Shown piece by piece: positions 39,848-52,275 of a stretch of DNA of 52,665 nt. Every line of letters starts with the position of its first letter. The stretch's first letter is position 1. This DNA comes from Pseudomonadota bacterium (GTDB lineage: Bacteria > Pseudomonadota > Gammaproteobacteria > Burkholderiales > Burkholderiaceae_D), in the NCBI GenBank assembly GCA_023389425.1, contig JAEWEK010000069.1:1-52665 (forward strand), read 5' to 3'. A program made the position numbers and the translations under genes. The notes beneath the pieces are model-generated. The model was given only the letters and a program-made list of their open reading frames with translations. It had not been told where the DNA came from and did not search any database.

Positions 39848-39912
39848 GGATCGGCGCCGCTGATTGTACAAACTGTCATCATACACGGCACTGTGGAGCC
39901 GCGGGCACCCGT

Positions 39913-39941
39913 TTGCCAAGCGCTGGAAAGCCGCGTACACT
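39913..39941 (+). promoter_or_regulatory. Sigma70-type promoter of the thi operon
   Basis: TTGCCA-17 bp-TACACT about 25 nt upstream of the TPP aptamer. Confidence 0.6.
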
Positions 39942-39966
39942 GCGCAGCGTCATCGCAAGATGACAC

Positions 39967-40056
39967 CTCGCTAGGGGTCCTGTGCGTCGTCATGCGGCGC
40001 GCGGGTGAGACATACCCTCCGAACCTGATCTGGATAATGCCAGCGAAGGGAAGCGA
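39967..40056 (+). ncRNA. TPP riboswitch
   Basis: GCTAGGGGTCC...GGGTGAGA-CATACCCTCCGAACCTGATCTGGATAATGCCAGCGAAGGGAAGC, directly upstream of thiC. Confidence 0.96.
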
Positions 40057-40117
40057 CGAGAGCCACCCGCGCCCCGCGCGCACCCGGCTGTCCCACTCCC
40101 CCGTTGGCCCGTGCTGA

Positions 40118-42052
<1,935 letters not shown>

Positions 42053-42057
42053 CGATC

Positions 42058-42258
42058 ATGCTCGACATCCGACTGAACGGCGAACCGCACCGCTTCGACG
42101 GGCGCTCCGTGCACGAGCTGGCCGAATCGCTCGGCGTGGCCGGCCAGATGGTGGCGCTGGCCGTCAACCGCCAGGTGGTGCCGCGCTCGCAGTGGCGCGC
42201 ACGCCTGCTCGAGCCGCACGACGAGGTTGACCTGGTGCGTGCCATCGGCGGCGGTTGA
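42058..42258 (+). CDS. thiS: Sulfur carrier protein ThiS
   Basis: MLDIRLNGE...ALAVN...VRAIGGG C-terminal GG. Confidence 0.92.
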   Translation: MLDIRLNGEPHRFDGRSVHELAESLGVAGQMVALAVNRQVVPRSQWRARLLEPHDEVDLVRAIGGG

Positions 42259-42285
42259 TGCGGCCTCAAACAAGGAAAAGATCAA

Positions 42286-43080
42286 ATGACAAACGAACGT
42301 AAGGACAGCCCCCTCGTCATCGCGGGCACCGAATTCCAATCGCGCCTGCTGGTCGGCAGCGGCAAGTACCGCGACCTGGAGCAGACGCGCGAAGCCACGC
42401 TGGCGGCGCAGGCGGAGATCGTCACCGTGGCGATCCGCCGCGTGAACATCGGCCAGGATCCGAACGCGCCAAGCCTGCTGGACGCGCTGCCGCCGGACCG
42501 GTTCACCATCCTGCCCAACACCGCCGGCTGCTACACGGCGAAGGATGCGGTCTATACGCTGCAGCTGGCGCGCGAGCTGCTGGGCGGGCGCAAGCTGGTC
42601 AAGCTGGAAGTGCTGGGGGACGAGAAGACGCTGTTCCCCAACATGCCGGAAACCCTGGCTGCCGCCGAAACGCTGGTGCGCGACGGCTTCGACGTGATGG
42701 TCTACTGCAGCGACGATCCGATCCAGGCGCGCATGCTGGAGGAAATCGGCTGCGTGGCGGTGATGCCGCTGGCGTCGCTGATCGGTTCGGGGATGGGCAT
42801 CCTCAATCCGTGGAACCTGTCGCTCATCATCGAGCAGGCCACAGTGCCGGTGCTGGTGGATGCGGGTGTCGGCACGGCGTCGGATGCCGCCATCGCGATG
42901 GAACTCGGCTGCGACGGCGTGCTGATGAACAGTGCGATCGCCCATGCGCAAGATCCGGTGCGGATGGCGCGCGCGATGAAGCTTGCGGTGCAGGCCGGGC
43001 GCGACGCATGGCTGGCCGGACGCATGCCGCGGCGGTTCGCGGCTGCGCCGTCGTCGCCGATGGCGGGGCGGGTGGCCTGA
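42286..43080 (+). CDS. thiG: Thiazole synthase
   Basis: [43 protein letters not shown]. Confidence 0.96.
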   Translation: MTNERKDSPLVIAGTEFQSRLLVGSGKYRDLEQTREATLAAQAEIVTVAIRRVNIGQDPNAPSLLDALPPDRFTILPNTAGCYTAKDAVYTLQLARELLGGRKLVKLEVLGDEKTLFPNMPETLAAAETLVRDGFDVMVYCSDDPIQARMLEEIGCVAVMPLASLIGSGMGILNPWNLSLIIEQATVPVLVDAGVGTASDAAIAMELGCDGVLMNSAIAHAQDPVRMARAMKLAVQAGRDAWLAGRMPRRFAAAPSSPMAGRVA

Positions 43081-43826
43081 TGGATCGCGTCCGCCCGGCC
43101 GTGCTGGTGTTCGCCGGACTCGATCCTTCCGGCGGCGCCGGCATCGGCGCGGACATCCAGGCGATCGCCGCACAGGGAGCGCATGCGCTGCCGGTGGTGA
43201 CGGCGCTGACGGTGCAGGACAACAACCGCGTGCACGAGGTCGTGCCGGTCGATGCGGGACTGATCGAGCGGCAGGCGTCGCTGCTCGCGGCGTCCATTCC
43301 GATCCTTGCGGTAAAGCTTGGCATTCCCGGCAGCCGCGCCAATGCGGAAGCCATCGCAGGGGTTATTGCAAGGCTGCGCGGCCAGCAGCCGGACCTGCAT
43401 GTGGTGCTGGACCCGGTGCTGGCCAGCGGTCGTGGCGACCCTCTCGCACGCGGTGGCGCGCTGGCAGCGCTGGCGCCATTGCTGCCGCTGGCGAGCGTGC
43501 TGGTGCCGAACCTGTTGGAAGCCGAGGCCCTTGGCGATACGGGCTGCCCGAACGTACTGGTCACCGGCGGCCATGCGCATGGCGCCACCGTCGTCAATCG
43601 ATGGCACGGCGGTGAGTGGACATGGCCACGCCTGCCGGGCGAATTCCACGGCAGCGGCTGCACGCTCGCTTCCGCCATCGCGGCGCGCCTTGCGCTTGGC
43701 GAGGACATGCGCGAGGCATTGGAGAACGCGCAGCGCTACACGCACGCCACGCTGGCGCAGTCGTTCGCGGTCGCGCCGGGCCAGCGCATTCCGATGTGCC
43801 GACCCATACTGACAAAGGAATCATGA
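43080..43826 (+). CDS. thiD: Hydroxymethylpyrimidine/phosphomethylpyrimidine kinase
   Basis: AGLDPSGGAGIGADI, VLDPVL, PNLLEA, FHGSGCTLAS; ATG overlaps the thiG stop. Confidence 0.9.
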   Translation: MDRVRPAVLVFAGLDPSGGAGIGADIQAIAAQGAHALPVVTALTVQDNNRVHEVVPVDAGLIERQASLLAASIPILAVKLGIPGSRANAEAIAGVIARLRGQQPDLHVVLDPVLASGRGDPLARGGALAALAPLLPLASVLVPNLLEAEALGDTGCPNVLVTGGHAHGATVVNRWHGGEWTWPRLPGEFHGSGCTLASAIAARLALGEDMREALENAQRYTHATLAQSFAVAPGQRIPMCRPILTKES

Positions 43827-44434
43827 TGCGAGGCTTGTACCTGGTGACGCCCAATTGGGAAGACACGGAAAAGCTGCTGGTGTGTACCGATCGCGCGCTG
43901 CGGGCCGGCGCCGCGCTGGTGCAATACCGGCACAAGGACGCCACACCGGCGCTGCGCCGCGAGCAGGCCAGCGCGCTGCTGGCGCTGTGCAGGTGGCACA
44001 ACACGCCGCTGGTCATCAACGACCACGTCGCGCTGTGCCAGGACATCGACGCCGACGGCGTGCATGTCGGCGCGACCGACGCGGACGTGGGCAGCGTCCG
44101 GCGTGCGCTCGGCGCCGGCAAGATTGTCGGGGCGTCGTGTTACGGCGATCTGGAACTGGCGCACACGGCGCAGTCCAGCGGTGCGAGCTACGTCGCTTTC
44201 GGCGGCTTCTATCCGTCGGCGGTCAAGGTCTATCCGGTGACGACGCCGCCGGATATCATCACGCAGGCAAAGGCGGAATTGTCGGTGCCGGTGGTGGTCA
44301 TCGGCGGCATGAGCGCGTCGAACGCCTTGCCGCTGGTGGCGCGCGGCGCCGACATGGTGGCGGCGATCAGCCGCGTGTACATGGCGCCCGATGCGGGGGC
44401 GGCCGCGCGCGCGTTCGCGGCCCTGTTCGTCTAA
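43823..44434 (+). CDS. thiE: Thiamine phosphate synthase
   Basis: GLYLVTP, VQYRHK, INDH, DGVHVG, GASCY, VVIGGM. Confidence 0.92.
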   Translation: MMRGLYLVTPNWEDTEKLLVCTDRALRAGAALVQYRHKDATPALRREQASALLALCRWHNTPLVINDHVALCQDIDADGVHVGATDADVGSVRRALGAGKIVGASCYGDLELAHTAQSSGASYVAFGGFYPSAVKVYPVTTPPDIITQAKAELSVPVVVIGGMSASNALPLVARGADMVAAISRVYMAPDAGAAARAFAALFV

Positions 44435-44440
44435 TGACGA

Positions 44441-45064
44441 TTAAATCGGCAGGCCGGCCTTGCGCAGCAGGTTCGCGGTCTCGAACAGCGGCAGGCCCAT
44501 GATGCCGGAGTGGCTGCCCTCGATGTGCTCGACGAACAGCGCGGCCAGGCCCTGGATGCCGTAGCCGCCGGCCTTGTCGTAGGGCTCGGGCGTGGCGCAG
44601 TAGGCCTTGATCGCGGCAGGAGAAAGCTGCGCGAAGCGCACGTTGGAGACCTGCGTGATCTGTTCGGCGACGTGATTGTGATGGACCGCCACCGAAGTCA
44701 GCACCTGGTGCGTGCGGCCAGACAAGCGGCCCAGCATCTCGACCGCTTCGTCCGTGTTGGCGGGCTTGCCGAGGATGAGGCCATCGATGGTGACGGTGGT
44801 GTCGGCGGTGAGCACGGGCCGTGGCGGCTGGCGGCGCAGCTGCAGGATGTTCCAGGCGAACGCGCCTTTTTCCTTCGCCACGCGCGCCACGTAGTCGTGC
44901 GGGTCTTCGCCCGGCCGCTCGTCCTCGCTGACGTCCACGCCGCGCGCGGGATCGCTGCGCAGCATCAGCAGTTCGAATTCCACGCCGACCTGGCGCAGCA
45001 GTTCGCGCCGGCGCGGGCTCTTGGAGGCGAGGTAGATTTTCTTGTCGAGCGGTTTGGTGGGCAT
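44441..45064 (-). CDS. maf: Maf family nucleoside triphosphate pyrophosphatase (YhdE-type)
   Basis: YLASKSPRRRELL, ADTTV, LGKP, DKAGGYGIQG, MGLPL. Confidence 0.93.
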   Translation of the reverse strand: MPTKPLDKKIYLASKSPRRRELLRQVGVEFELLMLRSDPARGVDVSEDERPGEDPHDYVARVAKEKGAFAWNILQLRRQPPRPVLTADTTVTIDGLILGKPANTDEAVEMLGRLSGRTHQVLTSVAVHHNHVAEQITQVSNVRFAQLSPAAIKAYCATPEPYDKAGGYGIQGLAALFVEHIEGSHSGIMGLPLFETANLLRKAGLPI

Positions 45065-45070
45065 GATGCG

Positions 45071-45541
45071 TCAGACGCGGTGGTAGGGATGGTTCTGGGT
45101 GATCGACCAGGCGCGGTACAGCTGCTCGGCGAGCATCACGCGCACGATCCCGTGCGGCAGGGTCATGCTCGAGATGCGGATCAGCCCTTCCGCACGGGCC
45201 TTGAGTTCGGGATCGAGGCCGTCGGCGCCCCCGATCAGGAAGACCGTGTCGCGCCCGTCCTGCTGCCATTGCTCCAGCATGGCCGACAGGCCGACGCTGG
45301 TGACGTCCTTGCCGCGCTCGTCGAGCGCGATGATGCGCGCGCTCTTGGGCAGCACGGCTTCGATGCGCTCGCGTTCGAGCGCCATCGCGGTGGCCGCGGT
45401 CTTGCTGCCGGAGCGTTCGACCGGCTTGATTTCCTTGAGCACGATGCGCAGCTCGGGCGGCATGCGCTTGGCGTACTCGGCGAAGCCGGTCTCGATCCAG
45501 GCCGGCATCTTGTGGCCGACCGCGGCGATGATGAGCTGCAT
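45071..45541 (-). CDS. rlmH: 23S rRNA (pseudouridine1915-N3)-methyltransferase
   Basis: [32 protein letters not shown]...HPYHR. Confidence 0.95.
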   Translation of the reverse strand: MQLIIAAVGHKMPAWIETGFAEYAKRMPPELRIVLKEIKPVERSGSKTAATAMALERERIEAVLPKSARIIALDERGKDVTSVGLSAMLEQWQQDGRDTVFLIGGADGLDPELKARAEGLIRISSMTLPHGIVRVMLAEQLYRAWSITQNHPYHRV

Positions 45542-45548
45542 CGAGGGC

Positions 45549-46214
45549 TTACTCGGCTGCCGCCTTCTTCACGATGCGGCGGATGACCTTTTTCGGCGGC
45601 TCCGCTTCGGCGGCGGCGGCTTTCGCCGCGCGCTTGGCTTTCACTTCGGCCTGCGCGGTCTTGGACGGCGCAACCTTCACGGTCTTGCCGACGGCGACTT
45701 TGGGCGCGGCCGGTTTCCTGGCGGCGGTGGTTTTGGTCGCGGCGGACTTGCGGGCAGCGGGCTTGCGCTCGTTGACCGGCTTGGCCTCAGGCTCGTTCTT
45801 GTTGGCGGCCATGTGCTTGGACTTGGTCTTCGGCTCGGCCGCTTCCTTGCCCTCGGCGGTCGACTTGCGCTTGGCCGCACCCAGCTTGACCGGCTTCTCG
45901 CCCCAGATTTCTTCCAGGCGGTAGTACTGGCGGATCGTCGGCTGCATGATGTGGACGATCACGTCGCCGAGGTCGACCAGCACCCATTCGCCGGTGTCCT
46001 CGCCTTCCATGCCGACCACGTCGCCGCCGTTTTCCTTGACCTTGTCGCGCACCGATGCGGCCAGCGCCTTGGTCTGGCGGTTGGAGGTGCCGGAGGCGAC
46101 GACGATGCGGTCGAACAGGCTGGTGAGGTGCGTGGTGTCGAACAGGACGATGTCCTGGCCCTTGACGTCTTCGAGTGCGTCAACCACCAACGCTTGCAGT
46201 TTTTTGATATCCAT
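45549..46214 (-). CDS. rsfS: Ribosome silencing factor with a Lys/Ala-rich C-terminal extension
   Basis: [41 protein letters not shown], then about 115 aa of low-complexity basic tail. Confidence 0.93.
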   Translation of the reverse strand: MDIKKLQALVVDALEDVKGQDIVLFDTTHLTSLFDRIVVASGTSNRQTKALAASVRDKVKENGGDVVGMEGEDTGEWVLVDLGDVIVHIMQPTIRQYYRLEEIWGEKPVKLGAAKRKSTAEGKEAAEPKTKSKHMAANKNEPEAKPVNERKPAARKSAATKTTAARKPAAPKVAVGKTVKVAPSKTAQAEVKAKRAAKAAAAEAEPPKKVIRRIVKKAAAE

Positions 46215-46864
46215 TAGCTCTTGTATAAATGATGTTGTTGAATATAGTCTAGCACCACCGGTGCCACCAGCCCGTTTGCATTCCCGCCCCGGCGAATCGC
46301 GTCGCGCACCGCGGTGGCCGAGATGTCGACCGCCAGCGTATGTGCGAGGCAGACCCGCCCCGCCGGGCTGGAACGCAGCTCGGCCGGCGTGGCCAGGCGC
46401 GGCGCCAGTTCCCGCGCGACGCTTGGCGGCAGCTTGTCGGCGGCCAGTTCATAACCCGGCCGCGCGGCGACGCCGATGTTCGCCACGTCGAACAGCGCAT
46501 GCCACTCGCGCCAGGTGTCCAGCTTCTGCAGCTGGTCGGCTCCCATCAGGAACACGATCGACGCCTCGGGCCCGAGTTCGCCGCGCACATGGCGCAGCGT
46601 GTCGATGGTGTAGGTGGCGCCTTGGCGCTCCACTTCCTGCAGGTCGATCGTCACCGGGATGCGCGCTGTATGGAAGGCGCACTCCAGCATGGCGACACGG
46701 TCGGCGTCGGAAGCGTGAAGATTGGACTTCTGCCACGGCCGTCCGGCGGGGACGATGCGCAGCTGGTCCGGGTGAAGCAAATCGGCGAACAGCTCGGCCA
46801 GTGCGATGTGGCCGATGTGTACCGGGTCAAAACTCCCACCCAGCAGGGCAACGCAGAAACTCAC
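46214..46864 (-). CDS. nadD: Nicotinate-nucleotide adenylyltransferase
   Basis: [34 protein letters not shown] start overlaps the hemF stop. Confidence 0.93.
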   Translation of the reverse strand: MSFCVALLGGSFDPVHIGHIALAELFADLLHPDQLRIVPAGRPWQKSNLHASDADRVAMLECAFHTARIPVTIDLQEVERQGATYTIDTLRHVRGELGPEASIVFLMGADQLQKLDTWREWHALFDVANIGVAARPGYELAADKLPPSVARELAPRLATPAELRSSPAGRVCLAHTLAVDISATAVRDAIRRGGNANGLVAPVVLDYIQQHHLYKS

Positions 46865-47772
46865 TTCTCCAGCCAGTCCCGGTGTACCAGGAAATCGGAG
46901 TACAGCCTGGCTTCTTCGGTGCCGGGCTGCGGCTGCCAGTCGTAGCGCCATTTGACGATCGGCGGCATCGACATCAGGATCGCCTCGGTACGCCCGCCCG
47001 ACTGCAGGCCGAAGTGCGTGCCGCGGTCCCACACGAGGTTGAACTCGACGTAGCGTCCGCGCCGGTAGGCCTGGAAGTCCCGTTCGCGTTCGCCGTATTG
47101 CGTGTCGATGCGGCGCTTCAGGATCGGCAGGTAGGCGTCGATGAAGCTGTCGCCCACGCTCCTCGCCATCGCGTACGATTCATCGAAGCCAAGCTCGTTG
47201 AAGTCGTCGAAGAAGATGCCGCCCACGCCGCGCGGCTCCTTGCGGTGCTTGAGGAAGAAGTACTCGTCGCACCACTTCTTGAAGCGCGTGTGCAGTTCGC
47301 CGCCAAAGGGCGCGACCGCGTCGCGGCAGGTCTGGTGGAAGTGACGCGCGTCTTCCTCGAAACCGTAGTGCGGGGTCAGGTCCATGCCGCCGCCGAACCA
47401 CCACACCGGTTCCTGTCCTTCGGCCGTGGCTTCGAAGAAGCGCACGTTCATGTGGACCGTCGGCGCATAGGGATTTCGCGGGTGGATCACCAGCGACACG
47501 CCCATCGCTTCCCACGCGCGGCCGGCCAGCTCGGGGCGCGCAGCCATCGCCGATGGCGGCAGGCTCTTGCCCATCACGTGGGAAAAGTTGACGCCGCCGC
47601 GTTCGAGCACATTGCCTTCTTCGATCAGGCGCGAGATGCCGCCGCCACCTTCAGGCCGTTCCCAGCTGTCGCGCAGGAAGGGGTTGCCGTCGACTTCTTC
47701 GAGCGCGGCAACGATGCGCGCTTGCAGGTCGAGCAGCCAGGCCTTGATGGCGGCAGGGTTGGGGGTGGACAT
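46861..47772 (-). CDS. hemF: Oxygen-dependent coproporphyrinogen III oxidase
   Basis: [49 protein letters not shown]. Confidence 0.96.
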   Translation of the reverse strand: MSTPNPAAIKAWLLDLQARIVAALEEVDGNPFLRDSWERPEGGGGISRLIEEGNVLERGGVNFSHVMGKSLPPSAMAARPELAGRAWEAMGVSLVIHPRNPYAPTVHMNVRFFEATAEGQEPVWWFGGGMDLTPHYGFEEDARHFHQTCRDAVAPFGGELHTRFKKWCDEYFFLKHRKEPRGVGGIFFDDFNELGFDESYAMARSVGDSFIDAYLPILKRRIDTQYGERERDFQAYRRGRYVEFNLVWDRGTHFGLQSGGRTEAILMSMPPIVKWRYDWQPQPGTEEARLYSDFLVHRDWLEK

Positions 47773-47846
47773 CGGGTGCGTGTGCAAAGGGAAATGTGGG
47801 CAGATTGTACACTGCGGACAGTGCTGGTTACAAAACCTCAAAACAA

Positions 47847-47934
47847 CGTCGTTCCCGCGCAGGCGGGAACCCCATGTTGCGTGCAGTGCGGCTGCGCAGG
47901 CAGAAATGGGGTTCCCGCCTGCGCGGGAACGACG
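47847..47934. repeat. CGTC-type REP doublet forming a near-perfect long hairpin
   Basis: CGTCGTTCCCGCGCAGGCGGGAACCCCAT ... ATGGGGTTCCCGCCTGCGCGGGAACGACG (29-bp perfect inverted repeat). Confidence 0.92.
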
Positions 47935-47957
47935 GGTTTTAATGAAACGTATTGCTG

Positions 47958-49223
47958 TTACTTCGTGGCCCGCCAGCCGATGTCGCGGCGGAACTGGGCG
48001 CCGTTGAAGTGGATCTGGTCGACGGCGTCGTAGGCTTGCTTCTGCGCCATCTTGACGCTGTCGCCCAGCCCCACCACGCACAGCACGCGGCCGCCATTGG
48101 TGACCAGCTTGCCGTCAGCCAGCGTGGTGCCGGCGTGGAAGGTGACCGACTCCGGCGTCTCGGCCGGGATGCCGTCGATCACGTCGCCCTTGCGCGGGCT
48201 GTCCGGATAGCCTTCGGCCGCCATCACCACGCCCACCGCCGTGCGCCGGTCCCATTCGAGCTCGACCGCGTCGAGGGTGGTGTTGACGGCGTGTTCCATC
48301 ACGCTGACCAGGTCGCTCTTGAGGCGGGCCATGATCGGCTGCGTCTCCGGGTCGCCCATGCGGCAGTTGTATTCCAGCGTGCGCGGGTTGCCCTGGGCGT
48401 CGATCATCAGGCCCGCGTACAGGAAACCGGTGAACTGGATGCCGTCCTTGGCCATGCCCTGGATGGTCGGGTTGATGATTTCGCGCATCACGCGGGCGTG
48501 CATCGACGGCGTCACGATCGGCGCCGGCGAGTAGGCCCCCATGCCGCCCGTGTTCGGGCCCTGGTCGTGGTCGCGCAGGCGCTTGTGATCCTGCGAGGTG
48601 GCCAGCGGCAGCACGTTCTTGCCGTCGCACATGACGATGAAGCTGGCTTCTTCGCCGTCCAGGAATTCCTCGATCACGATGCGGGCGCCGGCGTCGCCGA
48701 AGCGGTTATCCGACAGCATGTGCTCGACCGCCTGGTGCGCTTCTTCCAGCGACATTGCCACCACCACACCCTTGCCGGCAGCCAGGCCATCGGCCTTGAT
48801 GACGATCGGGGCGCCGTTGGCGTCGATGTAGGCGTGGGCTTGGGCGGCGTCGGTGAAGCTCTGGTACTTCGCGGTCGGGATGCCGTGGCGCTGCATGAAG
48901 GCCTTGGCGAAATCCTTCGAGCTTTCCAGCTGCGCGGCCTCCCTGGTGGCGCCGAAGATCTTCAGGCCGCGCGCGCGGAACAGGTTGACGATGCCGGCCG
49001 CCAGCGGCGCTTCCGGGCCGACCACGGTCAGGCCGATGTGTTCGGCCAGGACGAAGTCCGCCAGCGCGACCGGGTCGCTGATGTCGACATTCTTCAGGCG
49101 CGCATCGCGTGCGGTGCCGCCGTTGCCCGGTGCGACATACACCATCTGGATACGCTCGGATTGGGCAAGTTTCCACGCCAGTGCATGTTCGCGGCCGCCC
49201 GAGCCGACTACCAAAATCTTCAT
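47958..49223 (-). CDS. purD: Phosphoribosylamine-glycine ligase
   Basis: [51 protein letters not shown]. Confidence 0.97.
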   Translation of the reverse strand: MKILVVGSGGREHALAWKLAQSERIQMVYVAPGNGGTARDARLKNVDISDPVALADFVLAEHIGLTVVGPEAPLAAGIVNLFRARGLKIFGATREAAQLESSKDFAKAFMQRHGIPTAKYQSFTDAAQAHAYIDANGAPIVIKADGLAAGKGVVVAMSLEEAHQAVEHMLSDNRFGDAGARIVIEEFLDGEEASFIVMCDGKNVLPLATSQDHKRLRDHDQGPNTGGMGAYSPAPIVTPSMHARVMREIINPTIQGMAKDGIQFTGFLYAGLMIDAQGNPRTLEYNCRMGDPETQPIMARLKSDLVSVMEHAVNTTLDAVELEWDRRTAVGVVMAAEGYPDSPRKGDVIDGIPAETPESVTFHAGTTLADGKLVTNGGRVLCVVGLGDSVKMAQKQAYDAVDQIHFNGAQFRRDIGWRATK

Positions 49224-49246
49224 ACGATGCTTTCGCTGCTTGCTGC

Positions 49247-49972
49247 TTACTCTTCGATCACGGCGTTGGTATAGACTTCCTGCACGTCGTCCAGGTTCTC
49301 GATCGCGTCGAGGAGCTTCTGCATCTTCTGCGCGTCTTCGCCGGTAAATACGGTTTCGACGTCCGGCTTCATGATGACTTCGGCGGAATCGGCCTTGAAG
49401 CCGGCTTTTTCCAGTGCGTCTTTCACCTGCGCGAAATCGTTCGGCGGGCACAGCACCTCGAAGCCGCCTTCCTCGTCGGCGATGACGTCCTCGGCGCCGG
49501 CTTCCAGCGCCGCTTCCATCAGCGTGTCTTCGTTCACGCCCGGCGCGAACAGGAACTGGCCGGTATGCTTGAACATGAACGAGACCGAACCCTCGGTGCC
49601 CATATTACCGCCGAACTTGCTGAAGGCGTGGCGCACTTCGGCCACGGTGCGGACCCGGTTGTCGGTCATGCAGTCGACGATGATCGCCGCGCCGCCGATG
49701 CCGTAGCCTTCGTAGCGCACTTCCTCGTAGTTGACGCCTTCCAGGCCGCCGGCGCCGCGCTGGATCGCGCGCTGCACGTTGTCTTTCGGCATGTTCGCGT
49801 CGGCGGCTTTTTCCACGGCCAGGCGCAGGCGCGGGTTGGAGTTCATGTCGCCGCCGCCCATGCGGGCCGCAACGGTGATTTCCTTGATGAGGCGCGTCCA
49901 GATCTTGCCGCGCTTGGCGTCGGTGGCGGCTTTTTTATGCTTGATGTTGGCCCATTTGCTGTGTCCAGCCAT
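49247..49972 (-). CDS. yebC: YebC/PmpR family protein
   Basis: [39 protein letters not shown]. Confidence 0.95.
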   Translation of the reverse strand: MAGHSKWANIKHKKAATDAKRGKIWTRLIKEITVAARMGGGDMNSNPRLRLAVEKAADANMPKDNVQRAIQRGAGGLEGVNYEEVRYEGYGIGGAAIIVDCMTDNRVRTVAEVRHAFSKFGGNMGTEGSVSFMFKHTGQFLFAPGVNEDTLMEAALEAGAEDVIADEEGGFEVLCPPNDFAQVKDALEKAGFKADSAEVIMKPDVETVFTGEDAQKMQKLLDAIENLDDVQEVYTNAVIEE

Positions 49973-50051
49973 GTTCGGGATTCCTTAGACGGTAATACTG
50001 AAGTGGCCGACATTCTAGCATAGCGCCCCTTGCAAAACCGCCGGGAAACGT

Positions 50052-50831
50052 TTAAGGAAACAGCAGCAAGGTGCCCCACGCGACCAGCGCCAGGCCCGCC
50101 AGCGTGGCGATCCCTGCGCCGCCGGGCAGCAGCTTTTCCGCCATCGCGAGCAGCGCCAGGCCGGCGGCCGCGGCCAGGTTGGTGAGGCCGGCGGCGAACA
50201 GCATGGCCATCAGCAGCCAGCAGCAGCCGACGCAGTAGCGGCCGTGCGTGAGGCCCATCCGGAAGGCGCCCCAGGGACCGCGCCGCCAGCCGGTGAGCAC
50301 GAAGGCGAGCGGGGCGCGGCAGTGGGCCAGGCTCTCCTGCTTGGCCGGGGTCCACTGGTAGACGCCGGCCGCCACCAGCGTGAGGCCGGCGACGGTGGCG
50401 TTGGTGACGGCCATGGCCTTGTCCAGCGCGCCGGCATCGTGCAGCGCCCACAGGGCCAGCGTGGCGCCGGCGCTGAAGACGGCCCAGGCGGACAGGTAGC
50501 CGAGCATGAACAGGGCGGTGGCGCGCCAGGGCCGGCGTACGGCGTGGTACAGGCGGTTGACGCGCGCGAACAGCAGCACCGAGGGCGTGGCGGCGGGCAG
50601 CATGGTGGCCCACATCATCGCGAGCCACATGCCGTACAGCAGGGCGGGTTCGGCGCGGCGGTAGGGGGCAGGCAAGGGCGCGTCCGGGCGCAGGGCGGCG
50701 CCCATGCGCGCGGCGCGGAACAGCAGGTAGGTCCAGCACAGGGCCACCAGCAGCGCGACGCAGGCGATGACGACGGCACGTTCGGCACCCGGGCGGCGCT
50801 GCCTGGTGGGAACGGGGGGAAAGGCGTTCAT
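50052..50831 (-). CDS. DUF2182 predicted metal-binding integral membrane protein
   Basis: WLAMMWATMLP, YQWTPAK...CRAP, YCVGCCWLLM, MAEK; start taken as MNAFP. Confidence 0.82.
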   Translation of the reverse strand: MNAFPPVPTRQRRPGAERAVVIACVALLVALCWTYLLFRAARMGAALRPDAPLPAPYRRAEPALLYGMWLAMMWATMLPAATPSVLLFARVNRLYHAVRRPWRATALFMLGYLSAWAVFSAGATLALWALHDAGALDKAMAVTNATVAGLTLVAAGVYQWTPAKQESLAHCRAPLAFVLTGWRRGPWGAFRMGLTHGRYCVGCCWLLMAMLFAAGLTNLAAAAGLALLAMAEKLLPGGAGIATLAGLALVAWGTLLLFP

Positions 50832-50939
50832 GTGCGCGCGGCTCCGGGCTTGACGAGTACTCCATCGTTGGACAGGCCGCGCCTCTCCACGTTCGCGCAC
50901 CCGCCAACGCACTCTGCCGTTTCCGAATACAATCGTTGG

Positions 50940-51860
50940 ATGACTACCACGCAAGCCGCCGTACCTGCAGCTTCCTTACCACGTTCCGCTCTCGTCGCAG
51001 GTCTCGCCATCGCCGTCGTCGGCGCCGTCCTGTTTTCAACGAAGGCCGTTCTCGCCAAACTGCTGTACCGCTACCACATCGACGCCGTCACCTTGATCGC
51101 GTTCAGGATGCTGTTCTCGCTGCCGGTGTTCGCCGCGGTCGCGCTGTGGAAGATGCGCACCGACGCGCCCCTGTCGTGGAGCGACCGCTGGCGCCTGGTC
51201 GGCCTCGGCCTGGTTGGCTACTACCTGTCGAGCTTCCTCGATTTCCTCGGCCTGCAATACATCTCCGTCGGCCTGGAACGGCTGATCCTGTTCCTGACGC
51301 CGACCTTCGTCCTCCTGATCACCGGCTTCTTCTTCAAGCGCCGCATCAGCCGCGCCGAATGGCTGGCGCTGGCCTTGTCCTACTGCGGCATCGTGCTGGT
51401 GTTCGTGCACGACCTGAACGGCGGCGCGGGCAGCACCGTGGTCGGCTCGCTGCTGGTGCTGGGCTCGGCGTCGAGCTATGCCGTCTACCTGCTGGGCTCG
51501 GGCGAAATGGTCAGGCGCATCGGTTCGCTGCGGCTGGTGTCGTACGCGATGTGCGTGTCCAGCGTGGCCTGCATTGCGCAGTTCTTCCTGCTGCGGCCGG
51601 CGGCCATGCTGGTGCAGCCGCTGCCGGTCTACTGGCTCTCGCTCGCCAATGGCATTTTTTGTACTATTCTCCCAGTCTTCATGACCATGGTGTCGGTCCA
51701 GCGCATCGGCGCGGCCACGGCCTCGCAGGCCGGGATGATCGGGCCGGTGTCGACCCTGTTCCTTGGCGCCATCGTGCTGGGCGAGCCGATCACCGCGGTG
51801 CAGCTGGCGGGCACGGCGCTGGTGCTGGGTGGTATTTACATGCTGTCGCTGAAAAAATAA
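50940..51860 (+). CDS. DMT (EamA) family transporter
   Basis: About 10 TM segments; FSTKAVLAKL, LDFLGLQYISVGLERLILF, IGPVST, LGEPIT. Confidence 0.88.
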   Translation: MTTTQAAVPAASLPRSALVAGLAIAVVGAVLFSTKAVLAKLLYRYHIDAVTLIAFRMLFSLPVFAAVALWKMRTDAPLSWSDRWRLVGLGLVGYYLSSFLDFLGLQYISVGLERLILFLTPTFVLLITGFFFKRRISRAEWLALALSYCGIVLVFVHDLNGGAGSTVVGSLLVLGSASSYAVYLLGSGEMVRRIGSLRLVSYAMCVSSVACIAQFFLLRPAAMLVQPLPVYWLSLANGIFCTILPVFMTMVSVQRIGAATASQAGMIGPVSTLFLGAIVLGEPITAVQLAGTALVLGGIYMLSLKK

Positions 51861-51869
51861 GGGCCAATA

Positions 51870-52274
51870 ATGAAACCTCGAATCGCACTCATCGCGCACG
51901 ACCAGAAGAAGGACGACATGATCACGCTGGCGGCCGAGTACATCGACTTCCTGCGCGGCTGCCAGCTGTCCGCCACCGGCACCACCGGCGGGCGATTGTC
52001 CAATGAACTCGGGCTGACGGTGGACCGCAAGCATTCCGGCCCCTTCGGCGGCGACCTGCAGATCGGCGCCCAGCTCGTCGATGGGCTGATCGACGCCGTG
52101 ATCTTCCTGCGCGACCCGATGACGCCGCAGCCGCACGAACCGGACATCAACGCCCTCGTGCGCGCCTGCGACGTGCACAATGTGGCATGTGCGACCAACC
52201 TCGCCAGCGCCCACCTGCTGCTGTCCCAGCTGCAGGCGCAGGCGCGCAAGGAACATCATTCGAAGGGAGCTTGA
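51870..52274 (+). CDS. mgsA: Methylglyoxal synthase
   Basis: [32 protein letters not shown]...PHEPDI. Confidence 0.95.
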   Translation: MKPRIALIAHDQKKDDMITLAAEYIDFLRGCQLSATGTTGGRLSNELGLTVDRKHSGPFGGDLQIGAQLVDGLIDAVIFLRDPMTPQPHEPDINALVRACDVHNVACATNLASAHLLLSQLQAQARKEHHSKGA

Positions 52275-52275
52275 C

